A stretch of 64,000 bases of DNA from a bacterium (GCA_039793395.1 JBAMLV010000018.1:9993-73992), one strand, 5' to 3'; positions 20,194-29,972 are shown, counted from the stretch's first letter. The notes: generated from the letters alone by a model not told the origin. Translations and numbers: made by a program.

Positions 20194-20433
20194 TCAGAAG
20201 ACCGGTTCTACCGCCTTGACTGCCGGGACCTGCTGTTTCAGGGTCTGTTCCACGCCGGCGGCAAGGGTCAGACTGGAAAATGGGCAATGGGCACAGGAAC
20301 CGGTGAGCCGAACCCGGACCACGCCGTCCTGGGTGATCTCTACCAGTTCAATATCACCACCATCCAGCTGTAAACCAGGTCTGATTTTCTCTTCAATGAC
20401 CTGACGAATCCTGATTTTTGTCTCTTCGTTCAT
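20194..20433 (-). CDS. NifU-like (Nfu-type) Fe-S cluster carrier domain protein
   Basis: Has IRPGLQLDGGDIELVEI..GVVRVRLTGSCAHCPFSSLTL, the typical Nfu C-terminal domain with CxxC. Confidence 0.8.
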   Translation of the reverse strand: MNEETKIRIRQVIEEKIRPGLQLDGGDIELVEITQDGVVRVRLTGSCAHCPFSSLTLAAGVEQTLKQQVPAVKAVEPVF

Positions 20434-21503
20434 TCGGACGCTTCCTTTCTGATGAACTTCGCATCCGGATTCGGCCGGGCGACCTTACCGATGATGGTCT
20501 TATTGACACGCCATTCATCAAGTTCCTCGTCATTAAATGGCTTGACGGAGTATCTGGTATCGTTGCTGCCGGCAATCTTTACCGGTTTACCGTTGTTATG
20601 GTCGCAGTAACGGGCACAAATCCGGGCAGCGATTTCCATATCCTTTTTCGTTGGTTTTGCGGTCCGCAGTATTACCACCGGTCCGACCGTTTCCACTGGC
20701 TGGAAAATCAGGTCGTTGGACCGGGCAAGACTTTCCAGGGTTCGGTTTTCTTCTTCGTTTCTGCCGGCAATAACCTTTGCCTTGCTGGCAAGCCGGAAAT
20801 GACGGCCATAGTGAAGGATTTGAATTTCATCAATCGTCTGGAACTGTCCGTGGTCAATTGCGTCCTGGCAACGGGCAGCGAAATTGGGGTCGGTAAGCAG
20901 GCAGCCGGCACCCGGGGTCGGGTAGTCAACAATTCCAAACTCCCGTGCCAGGCGAATCTGGCGACGCCGGTTACGACCATGAAAGTCAAGGAGCCGTTCC
21001 CGGCGGATCAGCCCGGTTAGTTCCGGAATGGTCGGTTCAAGGATTTTGGCTGAGAGCGGTCGGAGAATTTTGCCTTCCAGCCCGACCGTCTTCTCCAGCA
21101 GTTTCATCGTTCGTTTGCTCTGGGAAATGAAACGCTGGCCCAGCACTTCACCCGTAAAGACAAAGTCAGCGTGGATTTCGTTCATCAGCGTCTTGGCATG
21201 TCTGAGCATATATGCCATGCAGTCAATACAGGGTGCCAGTTCCCGAATGTAACCGAACTTCGGCGTGCGGACCAGTTCCAGGTATTCGTCGCCGGCGGTA
21301 ATTGAAACCAGCGTGATATTGAGCAGTTTCGCCAGCTCCTGGAGCTGGTCGTCGGTCGGCACCCGGCCGATGACAGGGAAGGGTAGTTTGAAGTTGAGCG
21401 CAACCGCCGCAATCCGCTGTTCGGTTATCAGTTTGAATGCCAGGATGCTGTCAAGACTGCCGGAAAAAAGGCCAACCGCCTTGGAGTTGCGACTGTTAAT
21501 CAT
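20430..21503 (-). CDS. PP-loop ATP pyrophosphatase, ThiI/MnmA-like thiolation enzyme family
   Basis: N-terminal PP-loop variant GLFSGSLDSILAFKL, then PCIDCMAYMLRHA...FVFTGEVLGQRFISQS. 4-nt overlap with the downstream NifU-like gene. Confidence 0.65.
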   Translation of the reverse strand: MINSRNSKAVGLFSGSLDSILAFKLITEQRIAAVALNFKLPFPVIGRVPTDDQLQELAKLLNITLVSITAGDEYLELVRTPKFGYIRELAPCIDCMAYMLRHAKTLMNEIHADFVFTGEVLGQRFISQSKRTMKLLEKTVGLEGKILRPLSAKILEPTIPELTGLIRRERLLDFHGRNRRRQIRLAREFGIVDYPTPGAGCLLTDPNFAARCQDAIDHGQFQTIDEIQILHYGRHFRLASKAKVIAGRNEEENRTLESLARSNDLIFQPVETVGPVVILRTAKPTKKDMEIAARICARYCDHNNGKPVKIAGSNDTRYSVKPFNDEELDEWRVNKTIIGKVARPNPDAKFIRKEASE

Positions 21504-21566
21504 AATCGGAGGTTAAACGGTTTTAATGAGGTTAACTTTGTCCCTGAACCCTCATTCATTATTTAA

Positions 21567-21594
21567 ATTTTACCCTTGTTACCGGACAAGTCAA
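21567..21594 (-). promoter_or_regulatory. Candidate sigma70-type promoter for the PP-loop/NifU pair
   Basis: On the minus strand: TTGACT, a 16-nt spacer, then TAAAAT, about 60 nt upstream of ATG 21503. Confidence 0.4.
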
Positions 21595-21608
21595 GAAAGT
21601 TGAAGACG

Positions 21609-23279
21609 CTATGGCAGGGAGTTCAGGAATTGCCGGAACCGGGGCTGGTCAGGTTCAAGTTTCAGTGCCTGGATAATTGCCTGACGGGCAGATTCCGGTT
21701 CTCCAAGGCGGCGAAAGAGCAGGGCAAGGTTGTAGTAGAGGCTGGCGTCATTGGGTGCAAGGGCACAGGCGCGGCGCTGGAGTTCAATGGCGCCTTTGCG
21801 GTCCCCCCGGTTCAGAGTGAGTAGCGCCAGATTGGCATATGCCGGAGCAAAATTCGGCTGTTCCCGAATTACCCGCTGGAGCAGTGTCTCGGCTGCTGGA
21901 TAGTCACCGGTCTTCTGTAACAGGGCAGCGAGATTGAACCGCGCAACAGTCATTGTGGAATCAAGTTCAATTGCCCGGTAGAGGTGGAGCCGGGCTTGAT
22001 GGTAATCACCACGACTGATAAGCAGTATCCCGAGGTTGTAATGGCCCGGGGCATAGTTCGGCGCCTCGGCAACCATCCGGGAGAAGAGGGTTTCTTCGTT
22101 CTGCCAGACCTGCAGCCGCTGCCGGAGAAAGGGAAGTGCCAGGACACACCAGCCCACGCCGGTGACGAATGCGATTTTCCGGTCCAGGGTTGGCGATAAC
22201 CTGGGGGCATCTGGTCCGGCCGGCTTTTTGGTTGGGGAATATATTAGGGCACTCAATGCCAGCAGAATGCCCATTGCCGGCAGATAAAGCAGTCGGCCCA
22301 GGGGCCCAAAGGGCAGAAGGATGGCGACCGGTAGAAGCAGGACGACGGACCAGAACCAGCCAGTTAATACCAGCGGCCGGTTGCGCATGAGGGGGAAGCC
22401 GGACAGGAGTAACAAAAGATAGCCAATGCCGATGACAGTCCAGATGTTCAGTCCGGCAGGACCGGCAGGGGAAATGAAGGTGCGCCGGGTAAACGGGATG
22501 AACAGCAGGACAATCTGCTGGCCAAAGGAGGAAAGGCTTGAATTGAGCAGGGGCAGGATGGCGGCTGGTGGTTTCATCGGCAGTAAGGTTTTGAGAATCA
22601 AAAGCCGGAGCAGGAGCCAGGTGCTGAAAATGGACAAGAGTGCGGTAATGAGTAACAGTCTAACTTTGTGCCGTTGCCGGTAGTCCGGGGATAAAAATAA
22701 CCAGAGGATGAGGACCGGCAAAAGCAGGGCGGCGCTTTCTTTGGCATAGCTGCCCGCCGTGTATCCAAGGATGGTAAGAGTTAGATAAATCCAATGTCGG
22801 CGCTGACGGTAAAGGAAAAGTCCGAGAAAGGCAGTGACAGTTCCAAGCCCGGCAATCAGGTCGGTTCGGCCGCTGATATAGGCAACACAATCGGCGGCCA
22901 TCGGGTGGAGGCTGAACACCATACCGGCAAGCACCGAGCCGGTCCGGGAGCCGGTAACTTCAAATAATAAGAGCGTAAACAGGAGGCAGACTATGCAGTG
23001 AAGCAGGATGTTGGTCAGATGAAAACCGCGGGGTTGGTGTTTATAGATAAGCCGTTCCAGCCGAAGCGAAAAGTTGGTAAGCGGCCGGTAATAAGGGTCG
23101 GTGCCGAGGTGTTCATTCGTACCGTGCCAGAATGATTGGCTAAAGGCGCTGAGCGGAGTCTCGCGGTTATGAACAATCAGGTTGATGTCATCCCAGACAA
23201 ACTGGTAATTGATTGCGGGCAGATAGATGAGGGCGGCGGCGAGTGCCGGCAAAAACAACAGGAGTCTCTTTTTTACCAA
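21609..23279 (-). CDS. Polytopic membrane glycosyltransferase-like (GT39/TMTC-like) protein with C-terminal TPR repeats
   Basis: N-terminal YQFVWDDINLIVHN...YYRPLTNFS motif, about 10 TM helices, then about 5 TPR units (APGHYNLGILL..GDY..A...Y..AIELD). Confidence 0.75.
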   Translation of the reverse strand: MVKKRLLLFLPALAAALIYLPAINYQFVWDDINLIVHNRETPLSAFSQSFWHGTNEHLGTDPYYRPLTNFSLRLERLIYKHQPRGFHLTNILLHCIVCLLFTLLLFEVTGSRTGSVLAGMVFSLHPMAADCVAYISGRTDLIAGLGTVTAFLGLFLYRQRRHWIYLTLTILGYTAGSYAKESAALLLPVLILWLFLSPDYRQRHKVRLLLITALLSIFSTWLLLRLLILKTLLPMKPPAAILPLLNSSLSSFGQQIVLLFIPFTRRTFISPAGPAGLNIWTVIGIGYLLLLLSGFPLMRNRPLVLTGWFWSVVLLLPVAILLPFGPLGRLLYLPAMGILLALSALIYSPTKKPAGPDAPRLSPTLDRKIAFVTGVGWCVLALPFLRQRLQVWQNEETLFSRMVAEAPNYAPGHYNLGILLISRGDYHQARLHLYRAIELDSTMTVARFNLAALLQKTGDYPAAETLLQRVIREQPNFAPAYANLALLTLNRGDRKGAIELQRRACALAPNDASLYYNLALLFRRLGEPESARQAIIQALKLEPDQPRFRQFLNSLP

Positions 23280-23281
23280 AT

Positions 23282-23923
23282 TTACTTTCTGTTTTTCAGA
23301 ATCCGGTATTCTACCAGCTGTTCCTCCTGATACAGTGCAAAGGTGGTGTCGCCCCGGGTCCAGGTCTGTGATTTCTGGCGTTTGACCACACCCAGACCAC
23401 TGGCAAGCCAGATGGTCTGGTGGAAATTTACCCTGGTGCTTCGGGTTTCAACCCGGAAACACTGAGCAAAGGAGCCAGCCGGGACTGTTACCGGTTCGCA
23501 GGCAGTAACTCTGGTCTCTTCCCTTTTCTCCGGCGAATCAAACCACCGCTGGCCAATGGTCAACGGTTGAACGAGATAGACAATCCGTTCGGCATGGCCG
23601 GTCCGGTCGGGCACGAATTTGATAATTGTGTCGCCGTGCCGCTGGTAGTAGTTGAGGATAGACTTGCCATTTCCCAGTGGCACTTCCACTACCCAGACTT
23701 TGCCGAGATCGGGGATGTTCTTTACTCCTTTAATCACCTCGGCAACACGCACTTCCTGACGGCTGGTGGTGTCCGTGCCAGCAATGCGCCGTTCGGTAAC
23801 TTCCATAATTTTGACCGCGCCGGGAATAAGGGGAAAGAAGTCGGCAGTCCGGCGCTGACAGGTGGTGAGGGGTGGTAAGAGGAGGAGCAGACCAGCAATT
23901 ATGCTGTTTTTTAGTTTTGCCAT
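23282..23923 (-). CDS. Secreted/lipoprotein-like hypothetical protein
   Basis: Signal peptide MAKLKNSIIAGLLLLLPPLTTC. No recognisable motif. Confidence 0.5.
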   Translation of the reverse strand: MAKLKNSIIAGLLLLLPPLTTCQRRTADFFPLIPGAVKIMEVTERRIAGTDTTSRQEVRVAEVIKGVKNIPDLGKVWVVEVPLGNGKSILNYYQRHGDTIIKFVPDRTGHAERIVYLVQPLTIGQRWFDSPEKREETRVTACEPVTVPAGSFAQCFRVETRSTRVNFHQTIWLASGLGVVKRQKSQTWTRGDTTFALYQEEQLVEYRILKNRK

Positions 23924-23984
23924 ATGTAAATCCTATATGTTAATCCGGTTTTGTCAATCAGTTATCCGGGAAAGCGGGAGGTTT

Positions 23985-25034
23985 TTACCCCAATAACCGG
24001 TTGATGGTGCTGGTGAGCGCGGTGGGTTCGGTCCGAAGCCGGCGGGCAAGCCATTGCGGGTCAATTTTACCGGAACTGATCGCCTGTTGAACCAGTCCGC
24101 TGATGGTATTCAGGTCGATCGGGTGCCAGCGATGCCAGCGGGTGGTGCCGTAGTTTTCAAGCGCGGTTACCACCGCACTGCGCAGGCCGATGATTTCAGC
24201 GGCGGTGCCGAATCTTTTGTTCAATTTCTTGGCAAGCCGATAGACCGGCTGGAACAGAGCGGGATAGCGGTAGTCCCGCGCGATGTGGTGGTCAAGCACC
24301 AGAGTTTTTATTGATCGGAGCAGCAGGAGATGGGTGATATTAAACAGGCTGATAAGGAACTGTAGATCGGTCTGCGGATCGGACTGGAGAAAGGTGGGGT
24401 AACCATCAATTATCGCCACCTGCGGCTGAAAGCCGGTAATAAGCTCAGTCGTCTGGTCGTCAACCGGTCCGGCAACATCAGAACTGACCAGTAGTTTTCC
24501 CCGCCCCCGGGTGATTTCGGTCATAATGACCCGGCCCGGTTCGGTGTCGGCTTGACCATGCCACAGTGGTGGTGAGAAGCCGATTTCCGTTTTTTTAAAC
24601 TTGAACCGCCGGCCATCAGCCCAGATTATCTCCCGGGGCAGGCCGTCGATCATCTGGAAGAACCGGCGGGCAGTTTCCTGCTGTTTTGCCGGCAGGTCGT
24701 CCGGTGATTTGGCGAAGATGATTTTTCCTCCGTAAAGTGCGGGGTCGCGCCGGTCAAGAAAGTGGTCAAGATGATAATGGGAAACGACGATGATTTCTGC
24801 CTGTTGGGCGGCAGCGGTGACCGCAGCTTCGTAATCATTACGGAGCTGTTCCCGGACTGCCTCGGGTAGGGGAAACTGTTCGGTCTGGGCAGAAACTCCG
24901 GGGTCAATGACAATTGAAATTTCGGGTGTGCGCACGGCGATGCACATCCCTTTTACTCCTAATGAGTCCAGTGCCACGGTCTGGATTTTGAGGCCCGGTC
25001 CGGCTGACAGGATTAGCGATGGTAACGGGTTCAT
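23985..25034 (-). CDS. Metallo-beta-lactamase fold hydrolase
   Basis: Has VVSHYHLDHF (HxHxDH) and later DHH. 4-nt overlap with cdsA. Confidence 0.7.
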   Translation of the reverse strand: MNPLPSLILSAGPGLKIQTVALDSLGVKGMCIAVRTPEISIVIDPGVSAQTEQFPLPEAVREQLRNDYEAAVTAAAQQAEIIVVSHYHLDHFLDRRDPALYGGKIIFAKSPDDLPAKQQETARRFFQMIDGLPREIIWADGRRFKFKKTEIGFSPPLWHGQADTEPGRVIMTEITRGRGKLLVSSDVAGPVDDQTTELITGFQPQVAIIDGYPTFLQSDPQTDLQFLISLFNITHLLLLRSIKTLVLDHHIARDYRYPALFQPVYRLAKKLNKRFGTAAEIIGLRSAVVTALENYGTTRWHRWHPIDLNTISGLVQQAISSGKIDPQWLARRLRTEPTALTSTINRLLG

Positions 25035-25840
25035 TTTCCAACGAGCAGTGTGAGATAGTAGAATGCCGGGATTGCAAAGAGCAGCGAATCAGCCCGGTCC
25101 AGAAACCCGCCGTGCGGTCCAAGGGTTCGGGCACTGTCTTTTGCTCCGACCGCACGTTTGAAAATGGACTCAAATAAATCGCCGAGCTGGCCAACCGCGG
25201 AAAGTCCGATTCCGGCAAGTGCGAGCAGCCAGACCGGATAGAGGCAGAAAGGTTGAAGTCTGGGTAGCCAGAGTCCGCTGACCAGCGCACCAGTAAGCAG
25301 TCCGCTAATCGCGCCGACAACTGTTTTGTTCGGGCTCAAATACGGAGCGAGCTTTCTTTTGCCCAGCAGTTTTCCGAAGGCATAGGCAGCGGTATCACTG
25401 AGCCAGGTCAGAACGAAGGGGAAAAGCACCAGCCAGGGGGAAAATTTATTGTGCCAGGCGAACTGACGGAGGAGAATTAGATGGGCAGGCAGAAAACCGA
25501 GGTAAATCACGGTGAACAGATTGTAAACCGGGATCCGGGGTAAGGGGTGACGATTGAGGATTCCCCCTATGAAGATAATGGCAATTGGGACAATTAGCAT
25601 TCCGGGCAGCAAGTTGAAATGGGCAGAGATTATTGTCAGGGTGTTGAGCAAAATCAGTAACCATCGGTTGAGCACGATGTCTGCCCGAGCAAGGAGGTGC
25701 TGAAATTCAATAGTTGCCATTATCACCCATGCCGCAACCAGCAGGGTGAGTACATCAGGATGTAAAAACAGGACCACGCCACTTACCAGCAGGGTGAGCG
25801 CCGTGCCGATGACAATCCGACTTATAAGACTATTTTTCAT
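25031..25840 (-). CDS. cdsA: Phosphatidate cytidylyltransferase
   Basis: Has SDTAAYAFGKLLGKRKLAPYLSPNKTVVGAISG and FESIFKRAVGAKDS..LGPHGGFLDRADSL. Start moved to MKNSLISRIV, 11 nt overlapping the uppS end, because the longer ORF would overlap uppS by about 120 nt. Confidence 0.88.
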   Translation of the reverse strand: MKNSLISRIVIGTALTLLVSGVVLFLHPDVLTLLVAAWVIMATIEFQHLLARADIVLNRWLLILLNTLTIISAHFNLLPGMLIVPIAIIFIGGILNRHPLPRIPVYNLFTVIYLGFLPAHLILLRQFAWHNKFSPWLVLFPFVLTWLSDTAAYAFGKLLGKRKLAPYLSPNKTVVGAISGLLTGALVSGLWLPRLQPFCLYPVWLLALAGIGLSAVGQLGDLFESIFKRAVGAKDSARTLGPHGGFLDRADSLLFAIPAFYYLTLLVGK

Positions 25841-26555
25841 CAATCCTGCCAAACCGGCGTTGGCGCCGGGAGAAGTCGGCAATTGCCTCCAGTAACTGGT
25901 TACGGCGGAAGTCAGGCCAGAGGGTTTCAGTGAAATAAAGTTCTGCATAGGCAGACTGCCAGAGCAGGAAGTTGGAGATGCGCTTTTCGCCGCCGGTGCG
26001 AATCAGCAGGTCAACCGGCGGCAGTTCCGGGTCATAAAGCAGGCGCGAAAATTCATCTTCGGTGCGCGGCGGCCGGTTAATTCTACCACTTTGCCAGAGG
26101 TTGAACGCCTTCTTCAGGGCATCAATTATCTCGGCTCTGCCTCCGTAACTGAGCGCCAGCGTCAGGGTTAGACCGGTGTTGTTTCTGGTGTCGGTGATGA
26201 GCGAGTTGACCTTGCGCTGGACCGCCTCGGGCAGGTCGCGCAGCCGACCGATGGCACGCACCCGGACATTGTTTTTCATCAGGTCGTCATGCTCCTCGTC
26301 AATCCCGCGCACCAAAAGTTTCATCAGGCTTTTAATCTCATTTTCCGGGCGCTGCCAGTTTTCAGTGGAGAGTGTAAAAACGGTCAGGAATTTAACTCCG
26401 ATTTCGCCGCAGGTGCGAACGACCTCGCGTAAAGCTCTCATTCCCTGGCGATGACCGAATGAGCGCGGCAGTCCCCGTCTTCTTGCCCAGCGGCCATTGC
26501 CGTCCATAATCGCGGCAATATGAACCGGAATCTTCAGGCCCGCTAATGCTGACAT
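25830..26555 (-). CDS. uppS: Di-trans,poly-cis-undecaprenyl-diphosphate synthase
   Basis: Has HIAAIMDGNGRWARRRGLPR, LTVFTLSTENW and RTGGEKRISNFLLWQSAYAELYF. Confidence 0.93.
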   Translation of the reverse strand: MSALAGLKIPVHIAAIMDGNGRWARRRGLPRSFGHRQGMRALREVVRTCGEIGVKFLTVFTLSTENWQRPENEIKSLMKLLVRGIDEEHDDLMKNNVRVRAIGRLRDLPEAVQRKVNSLITDTRNNTGLTLTLALSYGGRAEIIDALKKAFNLWQSGRINRPPRTEDEFSRLLYDPELPPVDLLIRTGGEKRISNFLLWQSAYAELYFTETLWPDFRRNQLLEAIADFSRRQRRFGRIDEK

Positions 26556-26603
26556 TCAAGGTTTCCCGGAGTGACTGCCGGCTTCATTTGACTGCCGGCA
26601 GGT

Positions 26604-27161
26604 TTATCTTTCCATTATTTCTGCCTGTTTCTTTGCCAGCAGGTCATCAAGTTTTTTAATGAATTCGTCGGTGATTTCCTGAACTTTCTTCTGTGCCAGT
26701 TTGGCGTCGTCTTCGGAAATTTTCTTGTCCTTTTCCAGTTTTTTTACTTCTTCAATTACATCCCGGCGCACATTACGAACTGCTACCCGGGCATCTTCGG
26801 TCAGCTTGGCGCACAGTTTTGCCAGTTCCCGTCGCCGTTCTTCGGTCAGGGGTGGAATTGGAATCCGCACGAGATTGGCTTCCGCCTTGGGGGTAAGTCC
26901 GAGGTCGGCTTTCAAAATCGCTTTTTCAATTTCCGGTAGCAGCGTCCGGTCCCACGGTTGCACAACCAGCTGCCGTGGTTCTGGTGTTGAGATATTTGCC
27001 ACCTGGCGGAGAGGGGTGGGGGTGCCATAATAATTTACTTTCACTCCATCAAGGATTGCCGGATTGGCTCGGGCGGTGCGCAGCCGGGCGAACTCGGCGG
27101 TTAGCACCTCAACTGCCCGGTTCATCCGGTTACGGCATTCGATATAAAGTTTTTCTAACAT
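26604..27161 (-). CDS. frr: Ribosome recycling factor
   Basis: 185 aa, with ANPAILDGVKVNYYG and IPIPPLTEERRRELAK. Confidence 0.95.
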   Translation of the reverse strand: MLEKLYIECRNRMNRAVEVLTAEFARLRTARANPAILDGVKVNYYGTPTPLRQVANISTPEPRQLVVQPWDRTLLPEIEKAILKADLGLTPKAEANLVRIPIPPLTEERRRELAKLCAKLTEDARVAVRNVRRDVIEEVKKLEKDKKISEDDAKLAQKKVQEITDEFIKKLDDLLAKKQAEIMER

Positions 27162-27835
27162 ATTACACTCCCGATTTTTTTCCCACTGATGATATTCAGA
27201 ATAGCCCTGGGGCGCGTGATGTCAAATACCACAATCGGTATCCGGTACTCCTGACAAAGGGTGATGGCGGTCCGGTCGAGCACCTGCAGGTTCTGCTGCA
27301 GTGCCTGGTCGTAGGTCAGTTTCGGATAGAAGCGGGCATCGGGCTCTTTTTCCGGATCGGCAGAAAATACCCCTCGCACCCTGGTTCCTTTCAGGAGGAC
27401 ATCCATATTCAGTTCGGCGGCGCGCAGTGCCGCGGCGGAATCCGTGGAGAAGAACGGATTACCGGTTCCGCCAGTTAGAATCAGCAGAACACCTGCCTGG
27501 AGGCTGGCTCTTGCCTTAGTGACTGTGTAGGATTCAACAAAGGTACCAACCCGGAAAGCCGAAAAATGTCGTACCGGTATCTGTCGGCTGAGCAGGTCGG
27601 TAAGCCGGATGCCATTGATTACAGTCGCCAGCATTCCAATGTGATCGGCACTCACGGCGTCAAGCTCCCGGTTGTCACGACCACGAAGGATATTCCCTCC
27701 CCCAAGAATCAGTGCCACCCGAACTGAGCGCCGCGCCAGTTGAACCAACTGGCTGACCACCGAATCTAAAACCGATTCTTGACCGAACACATCACCGGAT
27801 ATTTTTAGCAGGACCTGGCGGTATTTTTTACTCAC
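27155..27835 (-). CDS. pyrH: UMP kinase
   Basis: Has YRQVLLKISGDVFG and GGGNILRG. GTG start at 27835 chosen (N-terminus VSKKYRQVLLKISG) because the ORF-track ATG at 27868 would overlap tsf by 41 nt. Confidence 0.9.
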   Translation of the reverse strand: MSKKYRQVLLKISGDVFGQESVLDSVVSQLVQLARRSVRVALILGGGNILRGRDNRELDAVSADHIGMLATVINGIRLTDLLSRQIPVRHFSAFRVGTFVESYTVTKARASLQAGVLLILTGGTGNPFFSTDSAAALRAAELNMDVLLKGTRVRGVFSADPEKEPDARFYPKLTYDQALQQNLQVLDRTAITLCQEYRIPIVVFDITRPRAILNIISGKKIGSVIC

Positions 27836-28421
27836 CCAGTTTAAACCGGGCGAAGCGCCGGATAACAATGTTTTCGCCGAATTTGGCGATATTTTCCTTC
27901 AAATAATCGCCGACGGTTTTCTCCGGGGCTTTGACAAACTGCTGTTCCAGCAGACAAACTTCGGCGTAAAACTTTTCTATTTTCCCGGCAACGATTTTTT
28001 CAACTACCTGAGGCGGTTTTCCGGTCTGGACGGCCTGTTCTTGATAGATACGCCGTTCCCGTTCAAGGACTTCGGGCGGAATGCCGTTACGATCAATGGC
28101 AATCGGGTCACAGGCAGCAATGTGCATGGCAACATCCCGGACAAAGCGCCGGAATTCCTGATTTCGGGCAACAAAATCAGTTTCCGTATCAATTTCAATC
28201 AGCACCCCGAGCCGTTCGCCGGGATGAATGTAGGCATCCACCACTCCGGCTGCAGTCGGGCGCTCAGCTTTTTTTGCTGCCTTTGCAATACCGCGCTTGC
28301 GGAGGATTTCAATTGCCTGGTCGATATCACCTTTAGCCTCTTCCAGTGCGGTTTTGCAGTCCATTACGCCGGCTCCGGTCCGGCGCCGTAATTCAATAAC
28401 CTTGTCCATCGGTTGACTCAT
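27828..28421 (-). CDS. tsf: Translation elongation factor Ts (short form)
   Basis: Has LRRRTGAGVMDCKTALEEAKGDIDQAIEILRKRG and the TDFVARN motif. Confidence 0.93.
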   Translation of the reverse strand: MSQPMDKVIELRRRTGAGVMDCKTALEEAKGDIDQAIEILRKRGIAKAAKKAERPTAAGVVDAYIHPGERLGVLIEIDTETDFVARNQEFRRFVRDVAMHIAACDPIAIDRNGIPPEVLERERRIYQEQAVQTGKPPQVVEKIVAGKIEKFYAEVCLLEQQFVKAPEKTVGDYLKENIAKFGENIVIRRFARFKLGE

Positions 28422-28426
28422 ATATA

Positions 28427-29161
28427 CTATCCTTCCCGGTCAGGTTTTGTCTCACCGCTTTCCTCAACTTCGGTTTCAAACTGTTTTTTGCCTTCCATAA
28501 CCGCGTTGGCGATGTGGCTCGTTACCAGCCGGATTGAACGAAGGGCGTCATCGTTGCCCGGTATCGGGTAGTCAATGAGCTCCGGGTTGCCGTTGGTGTC
28601 AATCAGCGCAATCACCGGAATCTTCATTCTCCTGGCTTCAGCAACAGCGGTTGCCTCTCGTACCGGGTCGACCACATAAATTGCCCCGGGCAATCGATCC
28701 AGCTGCTGTAGGCCGTTAAATAACTTTGAAAGTGTTCGGTATTCCCGCTGCAAGCGTAAGGTCTCCTTCTTTGGTGCGTTCAGCTGGGTGTTACTGAGTA
28801 TCCGTTCCAGTTCCGCGAGCCGGCTGATCCGGGTGGAAACGACATTGAAGTTGGTGAGTAGACCGCCGACCCAGCGCACGGTGACAAATGGTGCGCCACA
28901 GCGCCGAGCTTCTTCCTCAATAATCGGGCGCGCCTGCTGTTTGGTGCCGACAAAGATGATGTCCTTGCCTGATTCGGTAATTGTTCGTGCTGCGTCGTAG
29001 GCGGTGGTCAGTCGTTCAAGCGTTTTTTCAAGGTCAATGATGAAAATGCCATTTCTTTTTCCGAAGATGTATGGCTTCATCTTCGGGTTCCAGCGCCGGG
29101 CATGATGGCCGAAATGCAACCCGGCTTCAAGAAGTTGTTTAATCGTTAGCGTTTGGTCCAC
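28427..29161 (-). CDS. rpsB: 30S ribosomal protein S2
   Basis: Has [25 protein letters not shown] and VIALIDTN. Confidence 0.95.
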   Translation of the reverse strand: MDQTLTIKQLLEAGLHFGHHARRWNPKMKPYIFGKRNGIFIIDLEKTLERLTTAYDAARTITESGKDIIFVGTKQQARPIIEEEARRCGAPFVTVRWVGGLLTNFNVVSTRISRLAELERILSNTQLNAPKKETLRLQREYRTLSKLFNGLQQLDRLPGAIYVVDPVREATAVAEARRMKIPVIALIDTNGNPELIDYPIPGNDDALRSIRLVTSHIANAVMEGKKQFETEVEESGETKPDREG

Positions 29162-29535
29162 TGGAATCGCTTCCTTCTTTTTGCCAATCCGTATTTCATT
29201 CTTTCCTTCTCCCGCGGGTCCCGTTTCAGTAGATCCGCAGCCTTTAATGTTCCCCGCAGTTCGGGGTTGAATTGGAGCAGTGCCCGGGCAATTCCCAGTG
29301 CCACCGCCGCCGCCTGCGCAGACAGTCCCCCACCCGCAACTACGCTCTTAACGCCAAAGTTGCTGACGCCGGATACCTGGAGCGGTGATAGTGCAACTTT
29401 CACCAGGTCCTCCCGGCCGAAGTAATTGGGCAGGGGCCGTCCATTTACTGTGTGTTCATTCTGTCCCGCAATCAGCCATACTTTCGCAGTGGCGCTTTTA
29501 CGGGAACCGGTTGCAAAGTAACTGGTTGAATTCAT
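29146..29535 (-). CDS. rpsI: 30S ribosomal protein S9
   Basis: Has [12 protein letters not shown] and C-terminal [25 protein letters not shown]. Confidence 0.95.
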   Translation of the reverse strand: MNSTSYFATGSRKSATAKVWLIAGQNEHTVNGRPLPNYFGREDLVKVALSPLQVSGVSNFGVKSVVAGGGLSAQAAAVALGIARALLQFNPELRGTLKAADLLKRDPREKERMKYGLAKRRKRFQWTKR

Positions 29536-29972
29536 ACATTATTCATTTCTACCGGCACAAGTTTCTGTGCCTGGTGTTTGTGTTCTGGTCCAACATAGAT
29601 GTGCAGGCGCCGGATTCGCTTTGCCTGCAGACGGTTTTTGGGCAGCATCCGCAGAACCGCCAGTCGTAAAGGACGGGTCGGAAATCTTTCCACCAGCTGG
29701 CGATAGGTAATCTGCTTCAGGTGTCCGGGTTTCGTGTTATAATGCCGGTAATAAACTTTTTCTTCAAACTTTTTGCCGGTAACCCGGATTGCACCGGCAT
29801 TAATAACTACTACATGGTCGCCCGCATCCACGTGCGGGGTATAAGTGGCGCGGTGCTTTCCCATCAGCAGCCGGGCAATGCGGCTGGCAAGCCGGCCCAG
29901 TACCTGGTTCTGAGCATCAATCAGATACCATTCACCTTTTACCGTCTCTTTTTTGGCAATATATGTTTTCAT
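29532..29972 (-). CDS. rplM: 50S ribosomal protein L13
   Basis: Start moved to MKTYIAKKETVKGEWYLIDA, the canonical L13 N-terminus. Also has LGRLASRIARLLMGKH. Confidence 0.93.
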   Translation of the reverse strand: MKTYIAKKETVKGEWYLIDAQNQVLGRLASRIARLLMGKHRATYTPHVDAGDHVVVINAGAIRVTGKKFEEKVYYRHYNTKPGHLKQITYRQLVERFPTRPLRLAVLRMLPKNRLQAKRIRRLHIYVGPEHKHQAQKLVPVEMNNV

